From the NCBI GenBank assembly GCA_001600695.1, contig BCKQ01000009.1, positions 328,913 through 392,912 on the forward strand: DNA of 64,000 nt. The letters run 5' to 3'. Below, piece after piece: positions 11,735 through 21,339 of the stretch. Each line of letters starts with the position of its first letter. Within the stretch, counting starts at the first letter, position 1. This stretch comes from Ascoidea asiatica JCM 7603 (taxonomy: Eukaryota > Fungi > Ascomycota). Below the pieces are notes generated by a model. The model was given only the letters and a program-made list of their open reading frames with translations, did no database searches and was not told where the DNA came from. The translations under genes and the position numbers were made by a program.

Positions 11735-12521
11735 ATGGATTACATCAAAAAAGCTATATGGGGTCCAGATCCTAAAGAACAAGTGAGTTACAAACTTTCT
11801 TACTTTAAGTTTAACAATATTCTTATGTTTAATCACTAACTTTTTTTTCTTAACTTTATAGATGAGAAAATGCAATAGTTTGCTACGTAAAAATAAGCGA
11901 CAGTTAGACAGGAGTTTGGGTGGATTGGCCCCAGTTCAAAAAAAGACAGAATCTTTAATCAAACAATCTGTTAAGAAGAATGATATGAAGAGTGCAAGGA
12001 TTTATGCAAAAGAATTAGTGAATGTTAAGAAGCAAAAGGGCAGACTATATAAAAGCAGAGCTCAATTGGATAGTATAACTATGAAAGTGAATGAAAATTT
12101 TACCATGATGAAACTTCAGGGGAAACTTGGAGAAACGGCAGGCATAATGAGGGAAGTTAATTCTTTAGTGAGATTACCGGAATTAACTGGAACAATGAGA
12201 GAATTAGAAAAAGAGCTTGTTAAAAGTGGAATAATAAATGAAATGATAGAAGATGCTGTTGATAATCTTGGTGAAGATGAAGACTTTGAGGATGAAGAAA
12301 TAGATGAACAAATAGACCAAATCATAAGTGATCTAACATCCGGACAATTGAATAAAGTGTCACCCGTTCCTGATACCAGACTCGATATGAAAGAACAAAT
12401 TACGGAAGAAACACCTTTGCAAAATGTGAAAACTCCTGAATTGATAGGGGCTCAAGGAGAAGAATCAAATGAAGATGAGATTCTAAATGAGATGCAAGAA
12501 CGCTTGAAAGCTCTTCAATAA
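11735..12521 (+). CDS. VPS24: ESCRT-III subunit Vps24; join(11735..11782,11862..12521)
   Basis: Exon 1 encodes MDYIKKAIWGPDPKEQ, the characteristic yeast Vps24 N-terminus; it splices in phase 0 onto the Snf7-family ORF (MREVNSLVRLP, C-terminal MQERLKALQ). Confidence 0.95.
11783..11861 (+). other. Spliceosomal intron in VPS24 (79 nt)
   Basis: GTGAGT donor at 11783, CACTAAC branch site 11834-11840, pyrimidine tract, TAG acceptor ending 11861. Confidence 0.93.
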
Positions 12522-12980
12522 GAACACCTTTTTTTAATTCTAATTGTTTTAAAACGATTATAGCTGATAGATTTTTTTCTACTTTTGAGCTTTTGTATCA
12601 ATCTGTACGCTTTCTTTGTAGTGCTATAAAACCAGAAGGTAGCTGGTGCATACATATTTATCTCTTCTCCTAGAAAGTTATTATATGGGTTGTCCTTTTA
12701 TATTCTCCCGTAAACTTTATAGCTTTCAATGAAATACTAACTGTAGCAGTTAAAAGTCCTAATGTTGTCTCAAAATATATATAATTACGTAATCAAATGA
12801 TTAAGTTCTGTCACACGATTCAAAAATATTGGTACGGAACCATACAAAACATCTGTTACCGTTAGATCAGGGATAGATAATTGATGTTTGAAGATCCTCA
12901 ACGCATAAAAACAAGATATGCAAATTATTCAAATTCTTTGGAATATTTACTTCATGAATAATAACTAATTTTTTCTAAAA

Positions 12981-14819
12981 ATGATTGGATTATCAAGAAG
13001 GTGGTTAAGGCAATTATCGTATCTATTAAATTTCCTTTTTTTTCTGGGGTTGATGCTAACACTTATTGATATATTTTATGCCAACTTGTTACCTAACTCA
13101 ATTCATCAACTTTTACCAAATGATCAACCTGATGATGTAATTGTCGATATAGAATTTAAGAAGTGTTTTAAACTTACAACAATTGAAAACTCCTGCAATA
13201 TAAAAGATAAATCAGGGTTGCAATGGGAAAAAATAGAAAAGGATTTATTTTTAAAAGATTCTTGGATAAATAACTATTTTATGTTCAAAAAAAGTATTCA
13301 AACCGTCACTTTGCTTGATACTACTTCTGGTTTTAGTGCTTTAAAAGATAAAAAGATTGTCTTGGACCTTGCCATTTTGGGTCCTGAAGATTTAAAAATC
13401 AAAGGCAACACTCAATATCCTTTCAAAATACTTGATGAGTTTAATTCCCATATTTTAAATAAACCCAGTTCTCAAAAATCATTACTAAATGCAAGGGGAC
13501 TTGAAGAGATCTCCAAGTTAGACAATATAGAAGATGATTCAAAAACTTTAAAAATGATTATACCTAAAATAAAAGATGTTAATGCTCTGGGTTGGCAAAA
13601 GAAAGAAAATGGTTTATGGGTTAAATATGGATCATATAGTGAAAAGAACTCTGTAACGGGGGTGGAGGTTTTAATGGGAGATGATGTGATTGAACCAAGG
13701 CCTCGTTGGACTTTAATTGAACAACCTCTTATAACAAAAAATGGAAAGTATAAGGCTTTTGTAACATTTAAAAAAGGAAATGTTCCTAAAGTTGAAACAC
13801 CCATACTTAAAGTCAACCAGGAGGGAAAATTCAAAATTCTTCAAGTTGCCGATTTGCATTTTTCAACCAACGTAGGTGATTGTAGAGATCCATTTCCTGC
13901 TGAATCTGCAAAAGGGTGTAAAGCTGATCCAAGAACTCGTGTTTTTGTTGAAAAGATTTTGGACATAGAGAAACCTGATATGATCGTTCTCACGGGAGAT
14001 CAGGTTTTTGGAAATGCAGCACCAGATGCTCAGACTGCTCTATTCAAAGCTGCATCATTATTTATCAAAAAAAAGATACCATTTGCAATAACGTTAGGAA
14101 ATCATGATGATGAAGGTGATCTAAGCCGTAAAAAAATGATGGATCTTGCATCCTCCTTACCATATTCAGTCTCGCAAGTAGGTCCCTCCGATATTGATGG
14201 ATTTGGAAATTACTTATTAACTGTTCAAGCTCCCAATACAAAACATCCTGCCATTTCATTATGGTTTTTAGATACTCATAAATATTCCCAAAGTCCTAAA
14301 ACGAATCCTGGATATGACTGGATTAAAGAAAATCAACTTAATTGGGTATTGAAAGAAAATACAAAATTAGAAGAATCAAAGCAACTGTATACTCATATAC
14401 ACCTATCAATGTCATTCTTTCATATTCCTCTTCCAGAATATAGAGAAATGGCAGATGATAAGTTAGTTGGAACATTCAAGGAAGGAATTACAGCTCCGAA
14501 ATATAATACAGGAGCTAGATCTTTATTTGGAAAACTTGGGGTTAGCATTATATCTGTAGGGCATGATCATTGCAACGATTACTGTTTATATCACACCACT
14601 AAATTGAATGATGAAAGTGAAAATAGTATGTGGTTATGTTACGGAGGTGCCGCTGGTGAAGGTGGGTATGCTGGCTATGGTGGTACATCTAGACGTGTTA
14701 GAATTTTTGACATTGATACAAATGCAAATGATATATATACTTGGAAAAGAGTGGAAGGAAATGAAGGAGAAGTTCTTGATAAACAATTGCTTGTTAGCGG
14801 CGGGTCTCCAATATTATGA
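12981..14819 (+). CDS. DCR2: Dcr2-family calcineurin-like metallophosphoesterase
   Basis: N-terminal TM anchor; motifs FKILQVADLH, TGDQ, GNHD, FHIP, GHDH, CYGG..GEGGYAGYGG. Confidence 0.88.
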   Translation: MIGLSRRWLRQLSYLLNFLFFLGLMLTLIDIFYANLLPNSIHQLLPNDQPDDVIVDIEFKKCFKLTTIENSCNIKDKSGLQWEKIEKDLFLKDSWINNYFMFKKSIQTVTLLDTTSGFSALKDKKIVLDLAILGPEDLKIKGNTQYPFKILDEFNSHILNKPSSQKSLLNARGLEEISKLDNIEDDSKTLKMIIPKIKDVNALGWQKKENGLWVKYGSYSEKNSVTGVEVLMGDDVIEPRPRWTLIEQPLITKNGKYKAFVTFKKGNVPKVETPILKVNQEGKFKILQVADLHFSTNVGDCRDPFPAESAKGCKADPRTRVFVEKILDIEKPDMIVLTGDQVFGNAAPDAQTALFKAASLFIKKKIPFAITLGNHDDEGDLSRKKMMDLASSLPYSVSQVGPSDIDGFGNYLLTVQAPNTKHPAISLWFLDTHKYSQSPKTNPGYDWIKENQLNWVLKENTKLEESKQLYTHIHLSMSFFHIPLPEYREMADDKLVGTFKEGITAPKYNTGARSLFGKLGVSIISVGHDHCNDYCLYHTTKLNDESENSMWLCYGGAAGEGGYAGYGGTSRRVRIFDIDTNANDIYTWKRVEGNEGEVLDKQLLVSGGSPIL

Positions 14820-15048
14820 TTGATTATTTTAATATGTGGTTTTAGCCTAATCGAATTTAAAATATTTTTGTTTTAATTAGAAAGTCGTTAATATACGAAG
14901 AATCTAATTACTAAATGTTGACAGTGCTAAATTTTAGGCTTGAAAAATAAAAAAATTTTACATTTCCTTAACATCAAAAAGTTTATTATTTGGGAAATAA
15001 GCAAAATTTCAAAATTAATGTTATATACTGTTTATATACAGCAAATAG

Positions 15049-17757
15049 CTAAAAGAAGATAAGACCGGTAAAAACCGTTATAAACCCAGACAATAAAGCA
15101 AAAGAAAATGATTTCGTGAAAATAGGGATTCCTATTCTTGCTGAATTACTTTCATTTTGATCATCGTGATTATTAAAAATAGAAGTAGAACCATAAGTTA
15201 AACTTTCCTCAGTGTCGCCTACCCATGAACTTTGATAAACAGTTGAGGTGTGGTCTATTGGTGGCTCAGTTATTATAGCTTCTCGACTAAATTGCAAGTC
15301 ATCTTCTATTGGCTTATCAGCATCATTATCGGATAATAACAATTCAGGAGTATTTTCCAACTTTTTTTCTTTTCGGAAACTGAAAAAATATTTTTGAGGA
15401 ACTCCAACAATATCATTTTCTGTTTTATAGCTTCTTTTAATTAAAGAAACAGTGTCATTTGAATAATAACTTTCTCTTCGAGAAGAGTCAAAAGGTTCTG
15501 GAAAACGAGGACCTGTGTAAGTTCCCCTTCTTCTAATTTCTGGTTCAGCATCATTTAAAATGTAAAAACCCCAACAACCACACCAGCAATCAGGAATTAA
15601 TGAATGTAAAAATTCAACTATTAAACATACAATAGCATCGATTAAACTAGCCTTGGGATGGATTAAAGCTAAAATCAACCAAATTAATGATTCAATTAGA
15701 TTGTGAATTTTATCTAAAATTGTTGGGCAATCACATCCACAAAAGGTATCTTCCAAAACTTTCAAAACCCAATCAAGAATATCAATTAAAATATCCAGAA
15801 TAAGTTTAATACCATTTATTCCAACATTTATCAATCTTATAACGATTATTAATATACATTTCAAAATATCTAAACCATCCTCAGCTAATTCACAGATGCA
15901 ATTACAGAGTTCATTAATACCTCTATGTCCTCCTTCATACAAGTGATGAATAATATGTATGAATTTTAGAATTAGATGCCTTTTATCTTTATGTAACTGT
16001 TTGATTATATGCTCCAAAAATTCTTTTATTTGACTTTTATCACATTCACCATCATAAATATCATAATAATCAAAATCTGTCCAATCCATACCTATTTTTC
16101 CTCCAGCTTTATAAATAATGTAATTATGCCATATATCATTTTGCTCAGGAGTCAATCTAATATGAGTTTCACCTTCATCATCTTCATGAACTTTAGAATG
16201 TTTTTGATACTCAAAATTATTCAAACCTTTGTCTTTCATGAAATTTGCTTTACCATTTTTTCGTTGTCTTTGCATTTTAGCTTCCTTATAGTCAGTTTCA
16301 CCTTCTTTTAAAAAATCTACTATTTTCTTTCTAGTTGACTTTTTCAAATCATCATTACCGATATTATTGAAATCATCACTATTATTTTTATCTTTCATAT
16401 TATCTAAATCTTCAGAACGATTAGGATCATTCATACTATTTTCAATACCTGAATCATCATTTGTATTAGATGATTTTCTAGAATTCTTTATTTTTTGACG
16501 GTTTTTAAATCTTTTTGTTGGTTCGACTATATCAGAATCATCCTGAATTGAATCATAGTCTATCTCGTCAATTTTTTTGAATTTGTTTCTACCTTTTCTA
16601 TATTTCTCTTGAAATTGGGACTTTGAATTCAAATTTTTCTCTTCAAATTCGGATTTAGATTTTTCCTTTTTCTTCTCTTTGGCTTTTTGTTTTTGTCGAT
16701 TTTTTTTATTCTTTGGCAAAATTTTTTTATCTTTCTCGAAAGATATTAAAGAATCAAAATCCGACATATCTTCAAACTTATGGTTGAAATCTTCAGTATA
16801 TTTTTGATCTAATTCATTAATATTATTTTTTGCTTTTTTTCTAGAATTATTATGCTTTGATTTAACCTTTGAAGGATTATCATTGTTGATTGTTTGATCA
16901 GAAATTTTTTTATCAAAATTGTTTAATTTTTCATGAAGGCCATAGCCAGTACCTAATTGATTCATACTGGGTTTACTGTTTGAATATTCATTTGGTATAT
17001 TTTTGTTTTTTCTGTTAGTGTTCATTTGTTTTTGTTTCTGAACTTTTTTAGATTCTTTTCTAGATTTGCCCTTTTTAACAGCATTTGATTTTCTAGAGGT
17101 TTTCATCCTTTTGCTATCAGTAAGAGCTAATATCTGCAAGTCTGAACTGTCATTGTCAATAATAATATTACTATCGATATTCGGATTATTATTTTGGTTT
17201 TCAAAGTTATCGGAAAAATCAATAGTTTCATCATTATTATCACTTTTATTTTCATTATAAATTGGTTCCATTGGTTCCATTGTTTCTGTTGATTCCCTTG
17301 AGTTATTTAAATCATTGGAAATAGATTGATATTGATTAGAATTTTGAGAATTTAATTTTTGTTCATTATATATAGTAAGTTGATCCAAATTTGTTAAAAA
17401 GATACCATTTGGATCAAAAGAACTTGGTTGGAAATTAGATTGAATAAAAGCTTTAATATCTTCTTTGAGTGATTCTGGATCTTTATTTTCAGACCATTTC
17501 ATTATTGTTTCATGATTTAAATGAATATTATTTTGATTTTCATTAAATTTATCAAAACTTTCATCTAAATGATTTTCATTTGAAATTGAGTTGAATAAAA
17601 TATCATCAATAAAAGTATTATCAGTAGAAAGTAAATTTGATTCTAGCTGAATTTCATCTCCATTAACAAAAATTTGACTTATAAAGACTGATTGAATTGA
17701 AAAAATATATAACAGACGAACAAATAAATTGTCTCCTGTTTTTCTTGACCTAACCAT
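15049..17757 (-). CDS. Orphan secreted, putatively GPI-anchored protein A with Cys-rich 18-aa-repeat helical core
   Basis: 902-aa ORF with N-terminal signal peptide, long charged disordered region, core homologous to the divergent neighbour, and hydrophobic C-terminal tail after NESNSA. Confidence 0.85.
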   Translation of the reverse strand: MVRSRKTGDNLFVRLLYIFSIQSVFISQIFVNGDEIQLESNLLSTDNTFIDDILFNSISNENHLDESFDKFNENQNNIHLNHETIMKWSENKDPESLKEDIKAFIQSNFQPSSFDPNGIFLTNLDQLTIYNEQKLNSQNSNQYQSISNDLNNSRESTETMEPMEPIYNENKSDNNDETIDFSDNFENQNNNPNIDSNIIIDNDSSDLQILALTDSKRMKTSRKSNAVKKGKSRKESKKVQKQKQMNTNRKNKNIPNEYSNSKPSMNQLGTGYGLHEKLNNFDKKISDQTINNDNPSKVKSKHNNSRKKAKNNINELDQKYTEDFNHKFEDMSDFDSLISFEKDKKILPKNKKNRQKQKAKEKKKEKSKSEFEEKNLNSKSQFQEKYRKGRNKFKKIDEIDYDSIQDDSDIVEPTKRFKNRQKIKNSRKSSNTNDDSGIENSMNDPNRSEDLDNMKDKNNSDDFNNIGNDDLKKSTRKKIVDFLKEGETDYKEAKMQRQRKNGKANFMKDKGLNNFEYQKHSKVHEDDEGETHIRLTPEQNDIWHNYIIYKAGGKIGMDWTDFDYYDIYDGECDKSQIKEFLEHIIKQLHKDKRHLILKFIHIIHHLYEGGHRGINELCNCICELAEDGLDILKCILIIVIRLINVGINGIKLILDILIDILDWVLKVLEDTFCGCDCPTILDKIHNLIESLIWLILALIHPKASLIDAIVCLIVEFLHSLIPDCWCGCWGFYILNDAEPEIRRRGTYTGPRFPEPFDSSRRESYYSNDTVSLIKRSYKTENDIVGVPQKYFFSFRKEKKLENTPELLLSDNDADKPIEDDLQFSREAIITEPPIDHTSTVYQSSWVGDTEESLTYGSTSIFNNHDDQNESNSARIGIPIFTKSFSFALLSGFITVFTGLIFF

Positions 17758-18133
17758 TTTCTTTAATTATACAAAAATATAGACATTGTCTTTCATTTAA
17801 ATGAAATATTTTTTTAAAAAATATGAATATTAATAAACGAATCGAAAAAACTATATATTATTAACAAATAATTCCAGCTACAAAGACATATAATAGATTT
17901 AGTAAGGCTTGATATCTTCTTTTTGATGGTTTATTCCCAATATATTTTATCTTTTTTCCAGTCACCAGTATTGTAGTGTTTCTGACTTTTGTTATTGTTG
18001 TTTTCTTCATAGTTCCCATAGTCAATGGTATCAGCAGTGCCAACAGCGCTTGTTTCTGTCTTGGTGCTCATATTTTGTTTTTGCATTAGAATCAAATGAA
18101 AATTAATGAGTGATTAATTGACGATTGACTGGC

Positions 18134-18147
18134 TTTGTGACACAAAA
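18134..18147. promoter_or_regulatory. Palindromic Ndt80/MSE-like element
   Basis: TTTGTG-A-CACAAA(A): GACACAAAA on + is a full gNCRCAAAW match; GTCACAAAG on - is a near match. Confidence 0.5.
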
Positions 18148-18830
18148 ACAAAAGAATAAAATTGAAGAAAATTAATTACTGTAAATACAGCTACAGTAAG
18201 TTAGAGTAAGTGTCCTATGGGTAAAAATAACAATTCAACTCTAATTAAATACTGTATTAATGCTATTGTTTATTTTATTATTGCCAATTACAGTTCGTGA
18301 GTGGCGTAGAGGAGGGTGCCTGGTACTGCGTTAGTGGCTCAAGATTACCAAAACCATCAAAATCACCAAAATCACCAATGAAACAATTCTACAGCATTGC
18401 AAATAAGATTGTAGATGATTTTAAAGTACATTTCCGAGATGGTGTTCCTACTGAACAGCGTAATTCCCTAGGTCATGGGTTTCCTGATAATCCAAGGTCA
18501 CCAAATATAAATAGTGTCGAAGTGTGATTAATAGGTGTTGATGTCTTTGTGGTGTATCTTTCTCCATTACTATACTGAAATTAGCTGTAAAAGAGTTCTA
18601 TATATTATGATTATCCTAATTCTGGTGTTTAGTGAGTTGATGATTATGAGGTTTTTACCGAGTTTTCGAGATAACTGAAAATTTGAAGCATGCTTCATTA
18701 CTTTTGCTACTTTCAATATATTACTTTGAGAAAATATTTGAACTTTTTCTAAAAAGAATTCCTAAAGTTTTTTGAAGGAGACTATTTTTTTTTTTTAATA
18801 AGCAAAAACAAATTGAAAAGAAAATCAGCA

Positions 18831-20942
18831 ATGATTGAAGTTCGAATTTATCACTTTACTTTTATCTTTGTTTTTTACTTCTCATTTATTTCTTTTTCTC
18901 TTCCTGTTTTGGATAATATAAATAATTCTACAAATTTAATTTCAAATCAAAGTCTGAGAAATTCTAATACAAATGAAAATATAATTGATCACACTAATTA
19001 TAATCTTAATGATCGACTTTCAAAAAGAATCATTTCTTCAGAAGATTCTAGTGAAATTTCTAGTGAAATTTATGTAGGTGAAGGAAATCAAAATGAAGAT
19101 TCTCCAGATTCAAAATCTATGATTCTTTCATATAATGATCATGTAAAAGATTTAGGCTCGACACCAAGTAGAAAATCTACCGCTATTAATAAAGACAGAA
19201 AACTTAATGGAAATCTTAAAAAACCAATCAAAAATAACAACCAACTATCCCAATCCAAAGATAATATATCTCAACAATCTCCTTCTTTAAATAATAATCA
19301 AAATAAACAGGATTTCAAACAACCAATTCTTAATCCACAAACAAATAAAGAAATAAATCAAAAGCCTCTCAAAGAAAAATTGTCCAAAGGTAAAGATAGT
19401 AAAGAAGCAATTATATATAATCCAACTTCTGAAGAAAAATCGAAGCATGTTAAACAGATTAAAAAGTCAAAAGATATGATTGATGTTATTGAAGAAGTTG
19501 AAAAAAAATATTTTAAAGATAAAGGTCATTCCAGTTTTTTCAAAAGATCAAAAAAATCTAAGTCAAAAACTGACCAACTTCAACCAACCTCTTCTGAACA
19601 TAATAATGCTGATTATGGTAAACCTCTTGAGCAAATAGATCAAGAACAATGGAAAAATTATATATCTTATGATGGTAAGATTGATGGAAATATTAATTGG
19701 AGTGATTATCAAAAATTTGATATATTTATGGGTGAATGTAGTAAAAAAAAATTAAAGGAATTTATTTGTGCTTTATTAGAAGAATTAGAAGAAGAAGAAA
19801 GAAAGATTATTGCTTGTATTATCGATATTTTATGTCATTTGAATGAAGGTGGAAGAAGAGGGGTAGAATTATTAGTCGATTTAATTTTATGCTTAGGGGA
19901 AAAGGCTTTAGAAGCTTTGAAATGTATAATAGTTTTAATACATCGTTTAATTCAATGTGGTATTGATGGAATAAAAATGATATTACATTGTATATGTGAA
20001 ACTTTACAAATAGTTAATGAAGATTTGGAAGAGAAACTTTGTGATTGTTTTTGTCCAAACAGAAAAAAAATTATAGATAGTTTTCTTTCAGCTTTAGTAT
20101 CTTGGACTGCATATGAGTGGAATTATAGAACTGAAATTATCAAGGGTTTAAGACATTTTTTTAAAATTGATAAAGATTGCTGGTGTGACTGTTCAGGCCA
20201 TTTCAAGCAAGCGATTGAATATTTTCAAAGCTTTAGTCTTGATGAAGAAGGTAATGAATTCAATAACTCAAGTATGGATTATATTGATTATTATTTAACT
20301 TATGGACCGGATCCTAGATTTCAAATGAAAAGAGCTCGAAATAATATTGAAATTGATAATGATCTAAAATCTCAAAGTGTGGAAACACAAAGCAATTCAG
20401 AGTTTGATCGATTGGTTATGGATAAATATAAAGATCTTTTTAGAAAATTAAGATTAGATAATAAATCATTTGGAACTTTAAATGACGATCAATTTGAAGT
20501 TATGCAAAGTCCAGAAGAAATAGTTTCAAAAGATGAAAATAAGCTTGAAGATGAAATTATTTTAGATGATTACATACTTGAAAAGGATCTTATTCTTGAG
20601 GTATCATTAGAAGATAATGACAAAGAGGCTTTTCAAGATCTTGATTTATTTTCAGAAAAATTCATGGAGGAAAATTTACTGGTTTTAGATTCAAAAAATG
20701 AAATAAACAAAGAAAAAGAAATTAGCATAAAGAATCAATCAGTACCAAAACAAAGCAATCTAACTTTTTTGAAAACGCCTAACATCAGCCAATTCCAGCA
20801 GTTTCACTGCAACGAAAATGATACTCATTGTATAAGTGCTAATAAAAAGATATCCTCTTTCGGTATTTACTCTTACAATTATAATTTTTGGTGCATAATA
20901 AGTTCTACTCTTTTGATTGCTCTTAGCTTTTTGATTTTTTAA
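18831..20942 (+). CDS. Orphan secreted, putatively GPI-anchored protein B, paralog of A
   Basis: First ATG is at 18831 (the track's 18813 start is TTG); signal peptide IYHFTFIFVFYFSFISFS, shared core WKNYISY..GEC..EGGRRG..LKCI..GIDGIK..CDCFCP..DCWCDC, hydrophobic C-terminal tail. Confidence 0.85.
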   Translation: MIEVRIYHFTFIFVFYFSFISFSLPVLDNINNSTNLISNQSLRNSNTNENIIDHTNYNLNDRLSKRIISSEDSSEISSEIYVGEGNQNEDSPDSKSMILSYNDHVKDLGSTPSRKSTAINKDRKLNGNLKKPIKNNNQLSQSKDNISQQSPSLNNNQNKQDFKQPILNPQTNKEINQKPLKEKLSKGKDSKEAIIYNPTSEEKSKHVKQIKKSKDMIDVIEEVEKKYFKDKGHSSFFKRSKKSKSKTDQLQPTSSEHNNADYGKPLEQIDQEQWKNYISYDGKIDGNINWSDYQKFDIFMGECSKKKLKEFICALLEELEEEERKIIACIIDILCHLNEGGRRGVELLVDLILCLGEKALEALKCIIVLIHRLIQCGIDGIKMILHCICETLQIVNEDLEEKLCDCFCPNRKKIIDSFLSALVSWTAYEWNYRTEIIKGLRHFFKIDKDCWCDCSGHFKQAIEYFQSFSLDEEGNEFNNSSMDYIDYYLTYGPDPRFQMKRARNNIEIDNDLKSQSVETQSNSEFDRLVMDKYKDLFRKLRLDNKSFGTLNDDQFEVMQSPEEIVSKDENKLEDEIILDDYILEKDLILEVSLEDNDKEAFQDLDLFSEKFMEENLLVLDSKNEINKEKEISIKNQSVPKQSNLTFLKTPNISQFQQFHCNENDTHCISANKKISSFGIYSYNYNFWCIISSTLLIALSFLIF

Positions 20943-21339
20943 TATTTTGAGTTTTCAATATTTTTGTTATTTTGAAAGTTTTGTTTTTTTAATTTTTTGT
21001 TTTTTCGTATTATTCACTATATTATACATATATATAAATTATATACAGCAAAATATATTCAATGAGCTTATTTGATAAGTCTTAAATACTTTACCGATAA
21101 GGTAAATTTTTCAAGATATAAAAAGATCTAAATTAATCTAATGAGAATGGCAAAAAAAAGTTTTTTATAAGGGGGGTAAACTATCAAGACAAATAATCAT
21201 AAAATATAAAGCTACAAGTTTTTTTCTCTTGAGCTGATCAGAGAATATTTTTTATAAAAAAAAGTGATAAAAGAAAAAATTAATTTAACCTTCACATTAT
21301 AACATCAAAAATAAATTTTTGTGATTGTCATTGAAAACA

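Noticed and set aside
18297-18527. 76-aa ORF between the paralogs as a possible third component
   Set aside because: GTG start; only about 49 aa from the first ATG; no signal peptide or motif.
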